From contig JAZRIS010000004.1 of NCBI GenBank assembly GCA_045645425.1, positions 21,817 through 85,816 of the forward strand: 64,000 bases of DNA. The letters run 5' to 3'. Of the stretch, positions 18,693-29,557 are shown one piece after another. Each line of letters begins with the position of its first letter. The first letter of the stretch is position 1. Under the pieces are notes generated by a model. It worked only from the letters and a program-made list of their open reading frames with translations, was not told the DNA's origin and ran no database searches. Source of the DNA: Barnesiella sp. Its GTDB lineage: Bacteria; Bacteroidota; Bacteroidia; Bacteroidales; Barnesiellaceae_A. The position numbers were made by a program, and so were the translations under genes.

Positions 18693-19685
18693 ATGCCAAG
18701 AGCAAAAATTACAGGTGTCGCATCATATACCCCCGACTACATCCTCACCAACGAGGAGTTGTCGCAAATGGTCGATACCAGCGACGAGTGGATTACCACC
18801 CGTGTAGGCATCAAAGAGAGAAGAATTTTGAAGGAAGAGGGCGCCGGCTCTTCCGAGTTGGGTGTTAGAGCGCTACAATCTCTTATCGAAAAAACAGGTG
18901 TCAATCCTCTCGAAATAGAGCTCATCATTTGTGCCACCTCCAACCCCGACTATCGCTTTCCCTCGACAGCTTCTATCATTGCCGAAAAAGCCGGTATAAA
19001 AACCACATACGCATACGATATACAGGCCGCATGTGCCGGATTTATTGTCGCACTGCAAGCCGGTGCGGCATATATACAAGCCGGTATGTACAAGAAAGTG
19101 GTTGTCATCGCAGCCGAAAAGATGTCTTCTATGACCAACTACAACGACCGCAACACCTGCCCCCTCTTTGGCGATGCTGCCGCTTGCGTACTTTTGGAAC
19201 CCGGCGACGAGGAGTGCGGTGTAATGGATGCCGTTTTCCACACAGATGGTATAGGACTTCCTCACCTCGTTATGACTGCAGGAGGCTCGGTACGACCCGC
19301 ATCACACACCACTATCGACAAGAACGAGCACTATATATATCAAGATGGACGTTTCGTCTTTAAGCATGCAGTTGCCGACATGATAGAGTCATCAAACGAG
19401 GTCATGAAACGCAACAATCTCTCTATCGACGACATCGATTATCTGATACCTCATCAAGCCAACCTGCGCATAATTGAGGCTATACAAGAGCGATTTAACG
19501 TTCCTCAAGAGAAGCTCATTGTGAACATACAACATTACGGCAACACAAGTGCGGCTACCATACCTTTGTGCCTCGACGAGTTTGAGCACAAATTCAAAAA
19601 AGGCGACAAAATTATCCTCACAGCCTTTGGAGCCGGATTTACATGGGGAGCTGTATATCTCATTTGGGGATACGACGCTCAATAA
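18693..19685 (+). CDS. fabH: beta-ketoacyl-ACP synthase III
   Basis: 330 aa. Active-site context AACAGF, HQANLRI and GNTSAATIP motifs. Confidence 0.95.
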   Translation: MPRAKITGVASYTPDYILTNEELSQMVDTSDEWITTRVGIKERRILKEEGAGSSELGVRALQSLIEKTGVNPLEIELIICATSNPDYRFPSTASIIAEKAGIKTTYAYDIQAACAGFIVALQAGAAYIQAGMYKKVVVIAAEKMSSMTNYNDRNTCPLFGDAAACVLLEPGDEECGVMDAVFHTDGIGLPHLVMTAGGSVRPASHTTIDKNEHYIYQDGRFVFKHAVADMIESSNEVMKRNNLSIDDIDYLIPHQANLRIIEAIQERFNVPQEKLIVNIQHYGNTSAATIPLCLDEFEHKFKKGDKIILTAFGAGFTWGAVYLIWGYDAQ

Positions 19686-19705
19686 TACTCCTCGACACAC
19701 ATCAC

Positions 19706-19740
19706 AAAACGCACCCACTACACAGCGTGGTGCGTTTTGT
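19706..19740 (+). terminator. intrinsic terminator after fabH
   Basis: aaaacgcacc / ggtgcgtttt form a 10-bp stem with a 13-nt loop. The stem's 3' arm supplies the U run. Confidence 0.6.
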
Positions 19741-19787
19741 TATATCATATAATCGCCCAAAAGTTGGCATTTTCAACACTTTTTTCT

Positions 19788-19795
19788 TATTTTTG
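19788..19795 (+). promoter_or_regulatory. -7 promoter box TATTTTTG upstream of era
   Basis: TAnnTTTG match 17 nt upstream of ATG 19813. Confidence 0.45.
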
Positions 19796-19812
19796 CAACA
19801 AAACCATACTTT

Positions 19813-20697
19813 ATGCATAAATCGGGATTTGTAAATATCGTTGGAAACCCCAATGTCGGAAAATCGACCTTGATGAACTCGCTGGTAGGCGAGCGCATCT
19901 CTATTATCACATCCAAGGCCCAAACTACCCGCCACCGCATCATGGGTATTGTCAATACCGATGATATGCAGATTGTTTACTCCGACACTCCCGGCGTACT
20001 CAAGCCCAACTATAAGTTGCAAGAGTCCATGCTCGACTTCTCTCGCTCGGCTCTTGTCGATGCCGACATCCTGCTATATGTGACCGATACGGTAGAAACA
20101 CCGGACAAGAATGCCGAGTTTCTGGCTCGTGTTGCACAAGAGAAGATGCCCGTTATCGTTATTATCAACAAGATAGACCTACTCAAAGGGCAAGCCGAGT
20201 TGGAAGCACTTGTAGATCGCTGGAAAGGACTATTACCCCAAGCCGAGATAATACCCATATCGGCCATGTTGCGATTTAATATCGACAACCTGCTCAAGCG
20301 CATCAAAGAGTTGCTACCCGACTCTCCTCCATTCTTTGACAAAGACGCTCTCACCGACAAGCCGGCACGCTTTTTTGTCAATGAAATCATCCGCGAGAAG
20401 ATACTGCTCACCTACGACAAAGAGATACCATACGCCTGTGAGGTTGCCGTGGAGCGGTTTAAAGAGAGCGACCGACGCATAGAAATATCGGCAGTCATAT
20501 ATGTCGAGCGCGACTCACAGAAAGGCATCATTATAGGCAAGAGTGGCTCGGCACTGAAACGTGTAGGAACACTTGCTCGCAAAGACATCGAAGCATTCTT
20601 TGAGAAACAAGTATATCTGCAACTTTATGTCAAAGTAGAGAAAGACTGGCGCAACAGAGAAAACAAATTGCGCTCTTTCGGATATTTAAACGAGTAA
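19813..20697 (+). CDS. era: GTPase Era
   Basis: 294 aa. G1 GNPNVGKST, G3 DTPG, NKID and a C-terminal KH domain. Confidence 0.95.
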   Translation: MHKSGFVNIVGNPNVGKSTLMNSLVGERISIITSKAQTTRHRIMGIVNTDDMQIVYSDTPGVLKPNYKLQESMLDFSRSALVDADILLYVTDTVETPDKNAEFLARVAQEKMPVIVIINKIDLLKGQAELEALVDRWKGLLPQAEIIPISAMLRFNIDNLLKRIKELLPDSPPFFDKDALTDKPARFFVNEIIREKILLTYDKEIPYACEVAVERFKESDRRIEISAVIYVERDSQKGIIIGKSGSALKRVGTLARKDIEAFFEKQVYLQLYVKVEKDWRNRENKLRSFGYLNE

Positions 20698-20723
20698 AAT
20701 AAACACCCAAACTATATATAATC

Positions 20724-22037
20724 ATGGGAAACATTGTAGCCATCGTAGGGCGACCCAATGTGGGTAAATCGACCCTCTTCAACCGACTCACACAAACACG
20801 ACAAGCCATCGTCAATGAAACTGCCGGCACTACACGCGACCGACAATACGGCAAAGTTGAGTGGGGAGGCAAGGAATTTTCTATTATCGACACCGGTGGT
20901 TGGGTTGTCAATTCGGAAGACATCTTCGAGGAGGAGATAAACAAGCAAGTATCTATCGCCATCGAAGAGGCCGACGTAATCCTCTTTGTTGTCGATGCCA
21001 TAAACGGCGTTACCGACCTCGACGACCATGTAGCAGCCATCTTGCGACGTTCCAAGAAGCCCATCATTCTTGTAGCCAACAAAGCCGACTCCAACCAATG
21101 GATATACAACTCGGCCGAGTTTTACGCATTTGGCTTGGGCGACCCCTTCTGTGTATCGGCCGTCAGCGGCAGTGGAACAGGCGAGTTGCTCGACGAGATT
21201 ATATCTAAATTCAGCAAAGATTTTGAAGAAGAAACCGAGATAGACATCCCCCGTTTTGCCGTAGTGGGACGGCCCAATGCCGGCAAATCTTCTATCATCA
21301 ACGCCTTTATAGGCGAAGAGCGCAATATCGTCACCAACATTGCCGGTACTACTCGCGACTCTATATACACTCGATACAACAAATTCGGTTTTGACTTCTA
21401 CCTTGTCGATACTGCCGGTATTCGCAAAAAAGGCAAGGTAACCGAAGACCTTGAATACTACTCGGTAATACGCTCTATACGTGCCATCGAAAACTCCGAC
21501 GTGTGCATCCTCATGATCGATGCCACTCGCGGTATCGAAGGACAAGACCTCAACATCTTCTCTTTGATACAGAAAAACCGCAAAGGTATCGTTGTATGCG
21601 TAAACAAGTGGGATCTTGTGGAGGACAAATCTACTGCCGCCATCAAAACATTCGAGAAGGCTATTCGCGACCGATTTGCACCATTTACCGACTTCCCCAT
21701 CATATACACATCGGCACTCACCAAACAACGCATCTTCAAGGTGCTCGAAACAGCGGTGGAAGTATATCAAAATCGCAAACGCCTCGTACCCACATCCAAG
21801 CTCAACGAATATATGCTGGCTGCCATCGAGGCCTATCCACCTCCTGCAACCAAGGGTAAGTATATCAAAATAAAGTATATCACTATGCTCAAGGAGGCTC
21901 AAATACCCTCATTTATCTTCTTCTGCAACCTGCCGCAATGGGTCAAAGAGCCTTACAAGAGATACCTCGAAAACAAGATACGCGAAAATTGGTGCTATAC
22001 CGGAACGCCTATTAACATTTTTATGCGAGAGAAATAG
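20724..22037 (+). CDS. der: ribosome biogenesis GTPase Der (EngA)
   Basis: 437 aa with two tandem GTPase domains (GRPNVGKST and GRPNAGKSS; NKAD and NKWD) plus a KH-like C-terminus. Confidence 0.95.
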   Translation: MGNIVAIVGRPNVGKSTLFNRLTQTRQAIVNETAGTTRDRQYGKVEWGGKEFSIIDTGGWVVNSEDIFEEEINKQVSIAIEEADVILFVVDAINGVTDLDDHVAAILRRSKKPIILVANKADSNQWIYNSAEFYAFGLGDPFCVSAVSGSGTGELLDEIISKFSKDFEEETEIDIPRFAVVGRPNAGKSSIINAFIGEERNIVTNIAGTTRDSIYTRYNKFGFDFYLVDTAGIRKKGKVTEDLEYYSVIRSIRAIENSDVCILMIDATRGIEGQDLNIFSLIQKNRKGIVVCVNKWDLVEDKSTAAIKTFEKAIRDRFAPFTDFPIIYTSALTKQRIFKVLETAVEVYQNRKRLVPTSKLNEYMLAAIEAYPPPATKGKYIKIKYITMLKEAQIPSFIFFCNLPQWVKEPYKRYLENKIRENWCYTGTPINIFMREK

Positions 22038-22070
22038 TAGCATAAAATAGGAAAAACGACCGAAAGCACC

Positions 22071-22078
22071 TATCTTTG
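22071..22078 (+). promoter_or_regulatory. -7 promoter box TATCTTTG upstream of the POT transporter
   Basis: Perfect TAnnTTTG match 67 nt upstream of ATG 22146. Confidence 0.5.
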
Positions 22079-22145
22079 CGCAAACATTTGCATAAAGCAA
22101 AAACAAACAAAATCAAATAATTACCTAATCTTAAAAAAAACACTT

Positions 22146-23777
22146 ATGTCACAATCGTTAATTTTGATTGCAGTATTGGTCGTAGTAATACCCTTCTTGG
22201 TATTCTATGTTATCAAAGCTCGTAACGAACACCCCAAAGGTCTTATTTCGGCAGCTCTTGCCAACATGGGTGAGCGTTTTGGTTACTACATTATGAATGC
22301 AGTATTGCTACTGTTCCTCTGCTCTAAATTCGGTATCAGCGACGACGCTGCCGGCTGGATTTATGCTGTGTTCTATTTCTTGATTTATGTATTGAGTCTT
22401 CCCGGCGGTATGATTGCCGACAAAACTCAAAAATACAAAGGCACAATCATTTCGGGCTTGTTGTGCATGGCTATCGGTTATATTCTCTTGTCTATTCCCG
22501 TATTTGCCGAGGCCAACGGCGGTATCTCTTGGGTACTTGTATTTACTTGCATTGCTCTTCTTATCATTGCCTTCGGTAATGGTTTGTTCAAAGGTAACTT
22601 GCAAGCTATCGTTGGTCAAATGTATGACAATTTTGAGGCCGAAGCTGCCAAGAAAGGTCCCGAAGCATTGGCTCTCGCCAAGTCAAAACGCGACAGCGGT
22701 TTCCAAATCTTCTACGTTTTCATCAACATCGGTGGTGTTATTGCGCCCTTCGTTGCTCCTCTTTTGAGAGAGTTCTGGTTGAAGACCAAAGGTTTGCTCT
22801 ACAACTCTGACCTTCCCCGTTTGTGCCACATGTACATCAACAATGGTGGTGAAATGCAACCTACCGACATGGAAAACCTCAACACCCTCGCTGCCAACGT
22901 AGGTCATACAGGCGTTGTTGATGCCACTTTCTGTGCCAACTATCTCGAAACATTCAACACCGGTGTTCACCTCTCATTCATCGCTTCGGTGGCCGCTATG
23001 CTCATCTCTCTCACAATCTTCATGCTTGTGATGAAATCATTGCCCACTCCCGTTAAGAAAGAGAAGAAAGCCGAAGTATCGGAAGCCGAAAAAGATGCCG
23101 ATGCTAAAGAAGTTAAACAACGCCTCATGGCTCTCTATGCCGTACTTGGTGTTGCCGTATTCTTCTGGTTCTCATTCCACCAAAACGGACAATCTCTCTC
23201 GGTATTTGCTCGTGACTTCGTTGCTACCGACTCTATTGCTCCCGAAATTTGGCAATGTATCAACCCCTTCTTTGTAATCGTTCTCACTCCCATTATCATG
23301 TGGATTTTCGGCTCTCTTGCCAAGAAGAACAAAGAAATTTCTACTCCTCGTAAGATTGCCATCGGTATGTTCATCGCCGCTTGCGCCTACATCTTCCTCA
23401 CCATCATTGCTATGGTACAAGGTTATCCTTCGGGCGAAGAATTCAAGAGCCTCAGCGATGCTGCCAAGATGGCTATGAAGTCGAGCCCCGCAGTACTCAT
23501 CCTCACTTACTTCTTCCTTACTGTTGCCGAGTTGTTCATCTCTCCCCTCGGTCTTTCATTCGTATCGAAGATTGCTCCCAAGCACTTGCAAGGTATATGC
23601 CAAGGTTTGTGGTTGTCGGCTACTGCTATTGGTAACTTGTTCATCGCCATGGGTGTAACAATGTTGAACACATTCCCCCAACAATGGATGTGCTGGGCTG
23701 TATTTGCCGGTTTCTGCTTGATTTCTATGGCAGTTATGCTCGGTATGCTCAAGTGGCTCGAAAGAATTACAAAATAA
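22146..23777 (+). CDS. POT/PTR2-family di-/tripeptide:proton symporter (MFS)
   Basis: 543 aa and polytopic. ERFGYYIMNAVLLLF (the ExxERFxYY POT motif) near the N-terminus. Confidence 0.9.
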   Translation: MSQSLILIAVLVVVIPFLVFYVIKARNEHPKGLISAALANMGERFGYYIMNAVLLLFLCSKFGISDDAAGWIYAVFYFLIYVLSLPGGMIADKTQKYKGTIISGLLCMAIGYILLSIPVFAEANGGISWVLVFTCIALLIIAFGNGLFKGNLQAIVGQMYDNFEAEAAKKGPEALALAKSKRDSGFQIFYVFINIGGVIAPFVAPLLREFWLKTKGLLYNSDLPRLCHMYINNGGEMQPTDMENLNTLAANVGHTGVVDATFCANYLETFNTGVHLSFIASVAAMLISLTIFMLVMKSLPTPVKKEKKAEVSEAEKDADAKEVKQRLMALYAVLGVAVFFWFSFHQNGQSLSVFARDFVATDSIAPEIWQCINPFFVIVLTPIIMWIFGSLAKKNKEISTPRKIAIGMFIAACAYIFLTIIAMVQGYPSGEEFKSLSDAAKMAMKSSPAVLILTYFFLTVAELFISPLGLSFVSKIAPKHLQGICQGLWLSATAIGNLFIAMGVTMLNTFPQQWMCWAVFAGFCLISMAVMLGMLKWLERITK

Positions 23778-23805
23778 GAAATATATCTTCTTATATAATC
23801 GACAA

Positions 23806-23830
23806 CGAGGTCGCACATTGTGCGACCTCG
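23806..23830. terminator. hairpin between the convergent POT transporter and glucosaminidase genes
   Basis: cgaggtcgca cattg tgcgacctcg followed by tttg. It shares the 11-nt arm gaggtcgcaca with the fba terminator. Confidence 0.6.
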
Positions 23831-23893
23831 TTTGCTTCTATATTATCCTGTGCATGCCACAAACGGCATTGTATTACAATCAACTACTCTCTA

Positions 23894-24778
23894 CTACCTG
23901 AGCACTATCGTCTGTCCGGCTTGTAAAGTATCGGTATGACGCATCTTATTGCGTCGAGCCAGACGCTTGACATCTATGCCATATATCTGCGCTATGGAAC
24001 GAAACGACTCGCCCTCTCGGACAACATGCTCATCGTACCCTTCATCGGCCTTTATCTTTTTCTTTTCAAGATACACTATCTCTCCTGCGCCAAGCAACAT
24101 GGCACAATCATCGTCGTTATATTGGGCCAACTGCTTGGCTTCAAATCCCGTATCAGCAGCAATTTGCTCATAGGTATCGCCCTCATCGGCAAGGACATAC
24201 AACATACCCCATGCTCTGAAAATATCTCTCTTAATCTCCACTTCGGGCACGACCGGTGCAACGCTTTTACCGCCCTTTACGCCCTTAACATATTGTTGCA
24301 GATTGTATCGTTCTATGATAGCTATGAGTTTTTCGGGATACTTCGGGTCCTCGGCATAGCCATACTTTTTGAGCCCTCTGGCCCACCCTTTATAGTCGGT
24401 CACTTTCAAGTCGAACAAGGGGGCATAGCGAGAGCGCAACAAGAACATCGAGTGATCTTCATACGACTCGGCCACACTCTCGTACATCCTATAACAATCG
24501 CCCTTGTACTTCACTGCATCACCCTCCCAATCATGACACTTCACACCAAAGTGATTGCGGGCAACACGAGCCAATTTGCTCTCACCTGCCGCCGACTCAA
24601 GCAAGCCTTGCGCAAGGGTTATACTTGCCGGTATGCCGTGCAGACGTTGCTGCTCTTGCGCCAATTTATAGTATTGAGCTATATAGCGTTGGTAGCTGTC
24701 TTGCCTATCGGCATAGAGAGGTTGTACCTGCATCAAAAGCCAAAATGCGCAAAAAATGTATGCAATAGAGCGTTTCAT
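23894..24778 (-). CDS. secreted glucosaminidase-domain protein with C-terminal LysM repeats (peptidoglycan hydrolase)
   Basis: Signal peptide, then a glucosaminidase block HGIPASITLAQGLLESAAGESKLA..NHFGVKC, and two LysM-like segments (YVLADEGDTYEQIAADTG; HVVREGESFRSIAQIYG). Confidence 0.85.
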   Translation of the reverse strand: MKRSIAYIFCAFWLLMQVQPLYADRQDSYQRYIAQYYKLAQEQQRLHGIPASITLAQGLLESAAGESKLARVARNHFGVKCHDWEGDAVKYKGDCYRMYESVAESYEDHSMFLLRSRYAPLFDLKVTDYKGWARGLKKYGYAEDPKYPEKLIAIIERYNLQQYVKGVKGGKSVAPVVPEVEIKRDIFRAWGMLYVLADEGDTYEQIAADTGFEAKQLAQYNDDDCAMLLGAGEIVYLEKKKIKADEGYDEHVVREGESFRSIAQIYGIDVKRLARRNKMRHTDTLQAGQTIVLR

Positions 24779-24843
24779 TCTAAAAAATATTTTATTCTAC
24801 CTAAAATTTCACATCATCACATCTTCATTCGGCAAAAAAGCAC

Positions 24844-24851
24844 TACATTTG
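24844..24851 (+). promoter_or_regulatory. -7 promoter box TACATTTG upstream of cdd-dnaX
   Basis: Perfect TAnnTTTG match 28 nt upstream of ATG 24880. Confidence 0.45.
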
Positions 24852-24879
24852 TACTTATAGACCAAGAGAAATATGGTAT

Positions 24880-25359
24880 ATGAAAAATATTGATATCGTT
24901 ACAAATATAGTTGTTTGTGATAACACAGAACTCACCGACACGCAAAAAAAATTGGTAGAGCTTGCCAAGGATGCTTGTAAGCGTGCCTATGCACCCTACT
25001 CACACTTCAACGTAGGCGCAGCCGCCATGCTCGATAATGGTGAGTTTGTAACCGGTAGCAACCAAGAAAATGCCGCCTATCCATCGGGCACATGCGCCGA
25101 GCGAACAACTCTATTTTATGCCGGAGCGCAATACCCCGACAATGCAGTCACCATGCTGGCCATAGCCGCATACAAAGGAAATGCCTTTACCAAAACACCC
25201 ACCGCTCCCTGTGGTGCATGCCGACAAGTAATTCTCGAAACAGAACACCGATACCAAAAACCCATTGAGATAATTCTTTACGGCGAAGAAAAGACATACA
25301 TCATCACATCTATCGAGTCGTTGTTGCCTCTCTGTTTTGGCAAGACCGACCTCGAATAA
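24880..25359 (+). CDS. cdd: cytidine deaminase
   Basis: 159 aa with zinc motifs CAERTTLF and PCGACRQV. Confidence 0.9.
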   Translation: MKNIDIVTNIVVCDNTELTDTQKKLVELAKDACKRAYAPYSHFNVGAAAMLDNGEFVTGSNQENAAYPSGTCAERTTLFYAGAQYPDNAVTMLAIAAYKGNAFTKTPTAPCGACRQVILETEHRYQKPIEIILYGEEKTYIITSIESLLPLCFGKTDLE

Positions 25360-25374
25360 GCACACACTACCACA

Positions 25375-27114
25375 ATGGAAAACTACATCGTTTCTGCACG
25401 CAAATACCGCCCCTCGACATTTCAATCGGTTGTCGGACAAAAGTCTTTGACCCAAACCCTCAAGAATGCCATTGATGCGGGCAAGTTGGCTCACGCCTAT
25501 CTATTCTGCGGCCCTCGCGGTGTAGGAAAAACCTCTTGTGCCCGCATCTTTGCCAAGACCATCAACTGCTTGCACCCCACCCCTACGGGAGAAGCATGCA
25601 ACGAATGTGAGTCGTGCCGTGCTCTCAACGAACAACGTTCTTACAACATATCGGAACTCGATGCCGCTTCAAACAACAGCGTCGATGACATACGACTTCT
25701 TGTCGATCAAGTGCGCATCCCGCCTCAAATAGGCAAGTACAAGGTATATATTGTCGATGAGGTACACATGCTTTCTACGGCAGCGTTCAACGCTTTCCTC
25801 AAGACACTTGAGGAGCCCCCGCACCATGCCATTTTTATATTGGCAACTACCGAGAAGCACAAGATACTACCCACCATCCTATCGCGTTGTCAGGTATATG
25901 ATTTCCAGCGCATCACGATAAACGACATTGCCGAACATCTGCAATATGTAGCATCACAAGAAGGCATACAGGCCGAGGCCGAAGCACTCAGTGTGATAGC
26001 TCAAAAAGCCGATGGAGGTATGCGTGATGCCCTCTCTATCTTCGACCAAATAGCAAGCTTCACTGCCGGCAATATTACCTACAATGCCGTCATCGAAAAT
26101 CTCAATATTCTCGATTACGAGTACTACTTCAGGCTCACCGAGGCTTTTCTTACTGCCAACGTGTCACAAGCCCTGCTACTATACAAGGATATTTGTGACA
26201 AAGGATTTGAGTCACAACACTTCATCAGCGGATTGAGCAACCACTTCCGCAATCTGCTTGTAAGCAAAGACCAAGCTACACTCTCTCTGCTCGAAATGGG
26301 AGAGGGTACAGCCAAGCGATATGGCGAGCAAGCATCTAAATGCGATGTGAGATTGCTATACAAAGCCATGGACTTGAGCAACCGTTGCGACCTCGATTAT
26401 CGTGTGAGCAACAACAAACGCTTCTTGGTAGAACTCATGCTCATACAGATATGTCAGCTCTCTATGCCGGCCGAACCTGTACAAGCACAACAACCCCAAC
26501 TACAATCTATCAAAAATACGACACCGAACGTTGCCACACCGGCACAATCGGCACCTGTCGCATCACCACAAGCCACTGCACAACCTCAACCGGCACAGAC
26601 ACAAGCACAACCGGCTCCGCGCCCATCGGCACAAGCCTACACTCCGCGTACAGCCACCGCCCGCCCCACTGCGCCTCGTAGCGGTATGCCCACTCCGGCC
26701 ATACGCATCAACGCTCAGAAAGCCGAGCAAAACACCGAGCGAGAGAAACGTCGCAAGCCATTCTCTCAAAGCAACCTTGTTGAGGCTTGGCTCAAATATG
26801 CCAACAGCATACCCGACGAAGTTGCCTTGTACAACACCATGCTGTCGCACCAACCCACCCTTAAAGGCGAGGTTATATGCAAAGTAGATGTTGAAAGCAC
26901 CATACAACAATCGCTCATTCTCGTCACCAAAGAGGCTCTGTTACAATTTTTGCACAACGAGCTTGAAAACGACTACATCGACCTCGAAACCGAGATAAAA
27001 GCATCTACCGAACGTCGAGTATCATACAGCACAGGTGAGATTTTATCGGCCATGAAAGAAGATAACCCCAACTTGGTAAAAGCGGTTGATATACTCAAGC
27101 TCGAAATTGAATAA
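25375..27114 (+). CDS. dnaX: DNA polymerase III subunit gamma/tau
   Basis: 579 aa. YRPSTFQSVVGQ, Walker A GPRGVGKTS, a CNECESC zinc module, a Q/P/A-rich linker and a tau C-terminal part. Confidence 0.95.
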   Translation: MENYIVSARKYRPSTFQSVVGQKSLTQTLKNAIDAGKLAHAYLFCGPRGVGKTSCARIFAKTINCLHPTPTGEACNECESCRALNEQRSYNISELDAASNNSVDDIRLLVDQVRIPPQIGKYKVYIVDEVHMLSTAAFNAFLKTLEEPPHHAIFILATTEKHKILPTILSRCQVYDFQRITINDIAEHLQYVASQEGIQAEAEALSVIAQKADGGMRDALSIFDQIASFTAGNITYNAVIENLNILDYEYYFRLTEAFLTANVSQALLLYKDICDKGFESQHFISGLSNHFRNLLVSKDQATLSLLEMGEGTAKRYGEQASKCDVRLLYKAMDLSNRCDLDYRVSNNKRFLVELMLIQICQLSMPAEPVQAQQPQLQSIKNTTPNVATPAQSAPVASPQATAQPQPAQTQAQPAPRPSAQAYTPRTATARPTAPRSGMPTPAIRINAQKAEQNTEREKRRKPFSQSNLVEAWLKYANSIPDEVALYNTMLSHQPTLKGEVICKVDVESTIQQSLILVTKEALLQFLHNELENDYIDLETEIKASTERRVSYSTGEILSAMKEDNPNLVKAVDILKLEIE

Positions 27115-27304
27115 TACAGCATTACAAGCAAACTATCATAGAAATTATCCGAAGGACAATAGCAAGACAGATTTTTATCATTCTTTCGGTAATAAAAATA
27201 GCAGAGGGCAATAATTGTAGCATTTTGCTACAAACAAAATACGCACACCTCAACAACCTTGACATTTTTTTAGTAAAATGATTGTTCTCTTAAAAAGCAT
27301 TTAC

Positions 27305-27312
27305 TAAATTTG
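27305..27312 (+). promoter_or_regulatory. -7 promoter box TAAATTTG upstream of ansA
   Basis: Perfect TAnnTTTG match 26 nt upstream of ATG 27339. Confidence 0.45.
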
Positions 27313-27338
27313 CACACAACAAGAAGAACATAAATGCT

Positions 27339-28385
27339 ATGACAACACCATCAACATCTGTACTCATCATCTATACCGGTGGTACTATCGGTATGACACA
27401 AAATCCGGTAACCGGCTCTCTCGAACCATTTGACTTTAATCATCTGCTCGACAATGTGCCGGAATTGCGTCGCTTGGGCTATTCGGTTTCTACCATGCAA
27501 TTCGACCCCATTATAGACTCTTCCGAAACAGAGCCCTCGCAATGGGCCAAGATTGTACAAGTCATTGCCGACAACTACGAGAAATACGATGGTTTTGTTG
27601 TTCTTCACGGTACCGACACAATGGCCTACACCGCTTCGGCCGTAAGTTTCATGCTCGAAAATCTGGGTAAACCCGTTATCTTCACCGGCTCACAACTCCC
27701 CATCGGCATGTTGCGCACAGATGGCAAAGAAAACCTCATCACAGCCATTGAGATTGCTGCCGACAAAGACGAGCAAGGACGACCTCGTGTACCCGAAGTA
27801 TGTATCTTCTTTGACAACACTCTTATGCGTGGCAACCGCACTTGCAAGGTGAGTGCTCAATTTTTCAACGCATTTGTTTCGCCCAACTATCCTTTGTTGG
27901 CTCATGTGGGTATCAACATCAACTACGACGATGTAGAGATACACTATCCCGACAATAATCAGCCCTTGAAGCCCCACTACAACATGGACAACAATGTTGT
28001 TGTGCTCAAGCTATTCCCCGGCATCAATCGTCATGTCATACATCAAGCGCTCAATATACCCGGGCTCAAAGGCGTGGTTCTTGAGTCGTTTGGCTCGGGC
28101 AATGCTCCCCGATACGATTGGTTCCTCGACGAGTTGCGCGATGCTGTCAATCGCGGTATAGTCATTGTCAATGTTACGCAATGCAGTACAGGCAGTGTAC
28201 AAATGGAACTCTACCGCACAGGCAACACCCTGCGCGATATAGGTGTAATAAGTGGTTACGATAGCACCACCGAGGCAGCGTTGGCCAAACTGATGTTCCT
28301 TTTTGGTCACAACCTCTCTTCGCAAGAAGTTATTCAAGCAATGAAAAAGTCGTATGTAGGCGAAGTGACACTCCCTCGCCATTAA
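27339..28385 (+). CDS. ansA: type I (cytoplasmic) L-asparaginase
   Basis: 348 aa with IYTGGTIGM and HGTDTM catalytic threonine motifs and no signal peptide. Confidence 0.9.
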   Translation: MTTPSTSVLIIYTGGTIGMTQNPVTGSLEPFDFNHLLDNVPELRRLGYSVSTMQFDPIIDSSETEPSQWAKIVQVIADNYEKYDGFVVLHGTDTMAYTASAVSFMLENLGKPVIFTGSQLPIGMLRTDGKENLITAIEIAADKDEQGRPRVPEVCIFFDNTLMRGNRTCKVSAQFFNAFVSPNYPLLAHVGININYDDVEIHYPDNNQPLKPHYNMDNNVVVLKLFPGINRHVIHQALNIPGLKGVVLESFGSGNAPRYDWFLDELRDAVNRGIVIVNVTQCSTGSVQMELYRTGNTLRDIGVISGYDSTTEAALAKLMFLFGHNLSSQEVIQAMKKSYVGEVTLPRH

Positions 28386-28407
28386 CAGCCTACTCTTACA
28401 TACACAA

Positions 28408-28444
28408 CGAGGGCAACCCTTCATCAAGAATTGGGTTGCCCTCG
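28408..28444. terminator. bidirectional hairpin between convergent ansA and asd
   Basis: cgagggcaaccc / gggttgccctcg form a 12-bp perfect stem with a 13-nt loop and T-rich flanks. Confidence 0.6.
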
Positions 28445-28468
28445 CTATTTTATTACTATCGGTTGTGA

Positions 28469-29479
28469 CTACTTTATATCGCCTTTCTTGATAAGATACT
28501 CGGCTATCTGCACAGCATTGAGAGCCGCACCCTTCTTTATTTGGTCGCTCACCAACCAGAAAGTCAATCCATTGGGATTGGTAATATCCTCACGAATACG
28601 ACCCACATATACAGGGTCTTGATTGGCCTTGTCAAGAGGCATAGGATATGACTTTTCCTCGGGATTGTCCTGCAACACCACACCCTCGGCCGATGCAAAT
28701 GCTCGACGAGCCTCCTCGACACTGATAGGTCGCTCGGTCTCTACCCACACGGCCTCGCTATGAGCACGCAACACAGGCACACGCACACACATGGCACTCA
28801 CTTTCACATCCGAGTGCATTATCTTGCGTGTCTCGTGATACATCTTCATCTCCTCCTTGGTATATAGATTGTCGGTAAAGACATCTACTTGAGGTATGAG
28901 ATTGTAAGCCAACTGATAGTAGAACTTCTCAACAGTAGGTTTCTCTCCTGCTATAAGTTGCTCAAATTGATGTTGCAACTCGGCCATTGCCGACGCTCCC
29001 GCACCACTTGCGGCTTGATAGGTAGCCACATGAACACGGGTTATATGCGATAGATTTTCTATTGCTTTCAACGCCACAACCATCTGAATGGTTGTACAAT
29101 TAGGATTGGCTATGATACCGCGAGGACGCACCAAGGCATCATCGCCATTGACCTCGGGCACTACCAAAGGCACATCATCGTCCATGCGGAATGCACTCGA
29201 ATTGTCTATCATCACAGCTCCATGACGAGTTATTGTCTCGGCATACTCGCGCGAGGTATCACCACCTGCCGATGTAAAGGCAATATCTACTCCTTTGAAA
29301 TCATCATTATGCTTCAACTCACGAACAATTATCTCCTTTCCTCTGAAGGTGTATGTCGTTCCTGCACTTCGCGAAGAACCAAACAACAGCAACTCATCGA
29401 TAGGGAAATTACGTTCTTCAAGTACTCGCAAAAATTCCTGTCCTACGGCACCGCTGGCACCTACAATAGCTACTTTCAT
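28469..29479 (-). CDS. asd: aspartate-semialdehyde dehydrogenase
   Basis: 336 aa. [14 protein letters not shown] Rossmann motif and active-site context IANPNCTT. Confidence 0.95.
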   Translation of the reverse strand: MKVAIVGASGAVGQEFLRVLEERNFPIDELLLFGSSRSAGTTYTFRGKEIIVRELKHNDDFKGVDIAFTSAGGDTSREYAETITRHGAVMIDNSSAFRMDDDVPLVVPEVNGDDALVRPRGIIANPNCTTIQMVVALKAIENLSHITRVHVATYQAASGAGASAMAELQHQFEQLIAGEKPTVEKFYYQLAYNLIPQVDVFTDNLYTKEEMKMYHETRKIMHSDVKVSAMCVRVPVLRAHSEAVWVETERPISVEEARRAFASAEGVVLQDNPEEKSYPMPLDKANQDPVYVGRIREDITNPNGLTFWLVSDQIKKGAALNAVQIAEYLIKKGDIK

Positions 29480-29509
29480 TTTCAGTTATTCGTTTTTTTG
29501 TTATGGAGC

Positions 29510-29517
29510 GCAAAGGT
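29510..29517 (-). promoter_or_regulatory. -7 promoter box TACCTTTG upstream of asd
   Basis: Plus-strand caaaggta, 30 nt upstream of the asd ATG (29479). Confidence 0.5.
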
Positions 29518-29557
29518 ACAATTTTTTTTTCATCTTCTATACCCTTGCTTCTCTATT

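Noticed and set aside
20712-21902. Long ORFs antisense to real genes: 396 aa opposite der, 446 aa (50139-51479) opposite hsdM, 315 aa (23936-24883) opposite the glucosaminidase, 314 aa (35408-36352) and 258 aa (34232-35008) opposite pnp, 283 aa (29222-30073) opposite asd and the flippase gene, and 278 aa (32088-32924) opposite the GNAT gene
   Set aside because: Their products are low-complexity and rich in Cys, His and Arg, with no motifs. They fully overlap strongly supported genes on the other strand, so they are typical shadow ORFs.
25375-27114. Programmed -1 frameshift site in dnaX (gamma vs tau)
   Set aside because: I found no A AAA AAG-type slippery heptamer followed by a stem-loop in the linker region. 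The Q/P/A-rich stretch is just low complexity.
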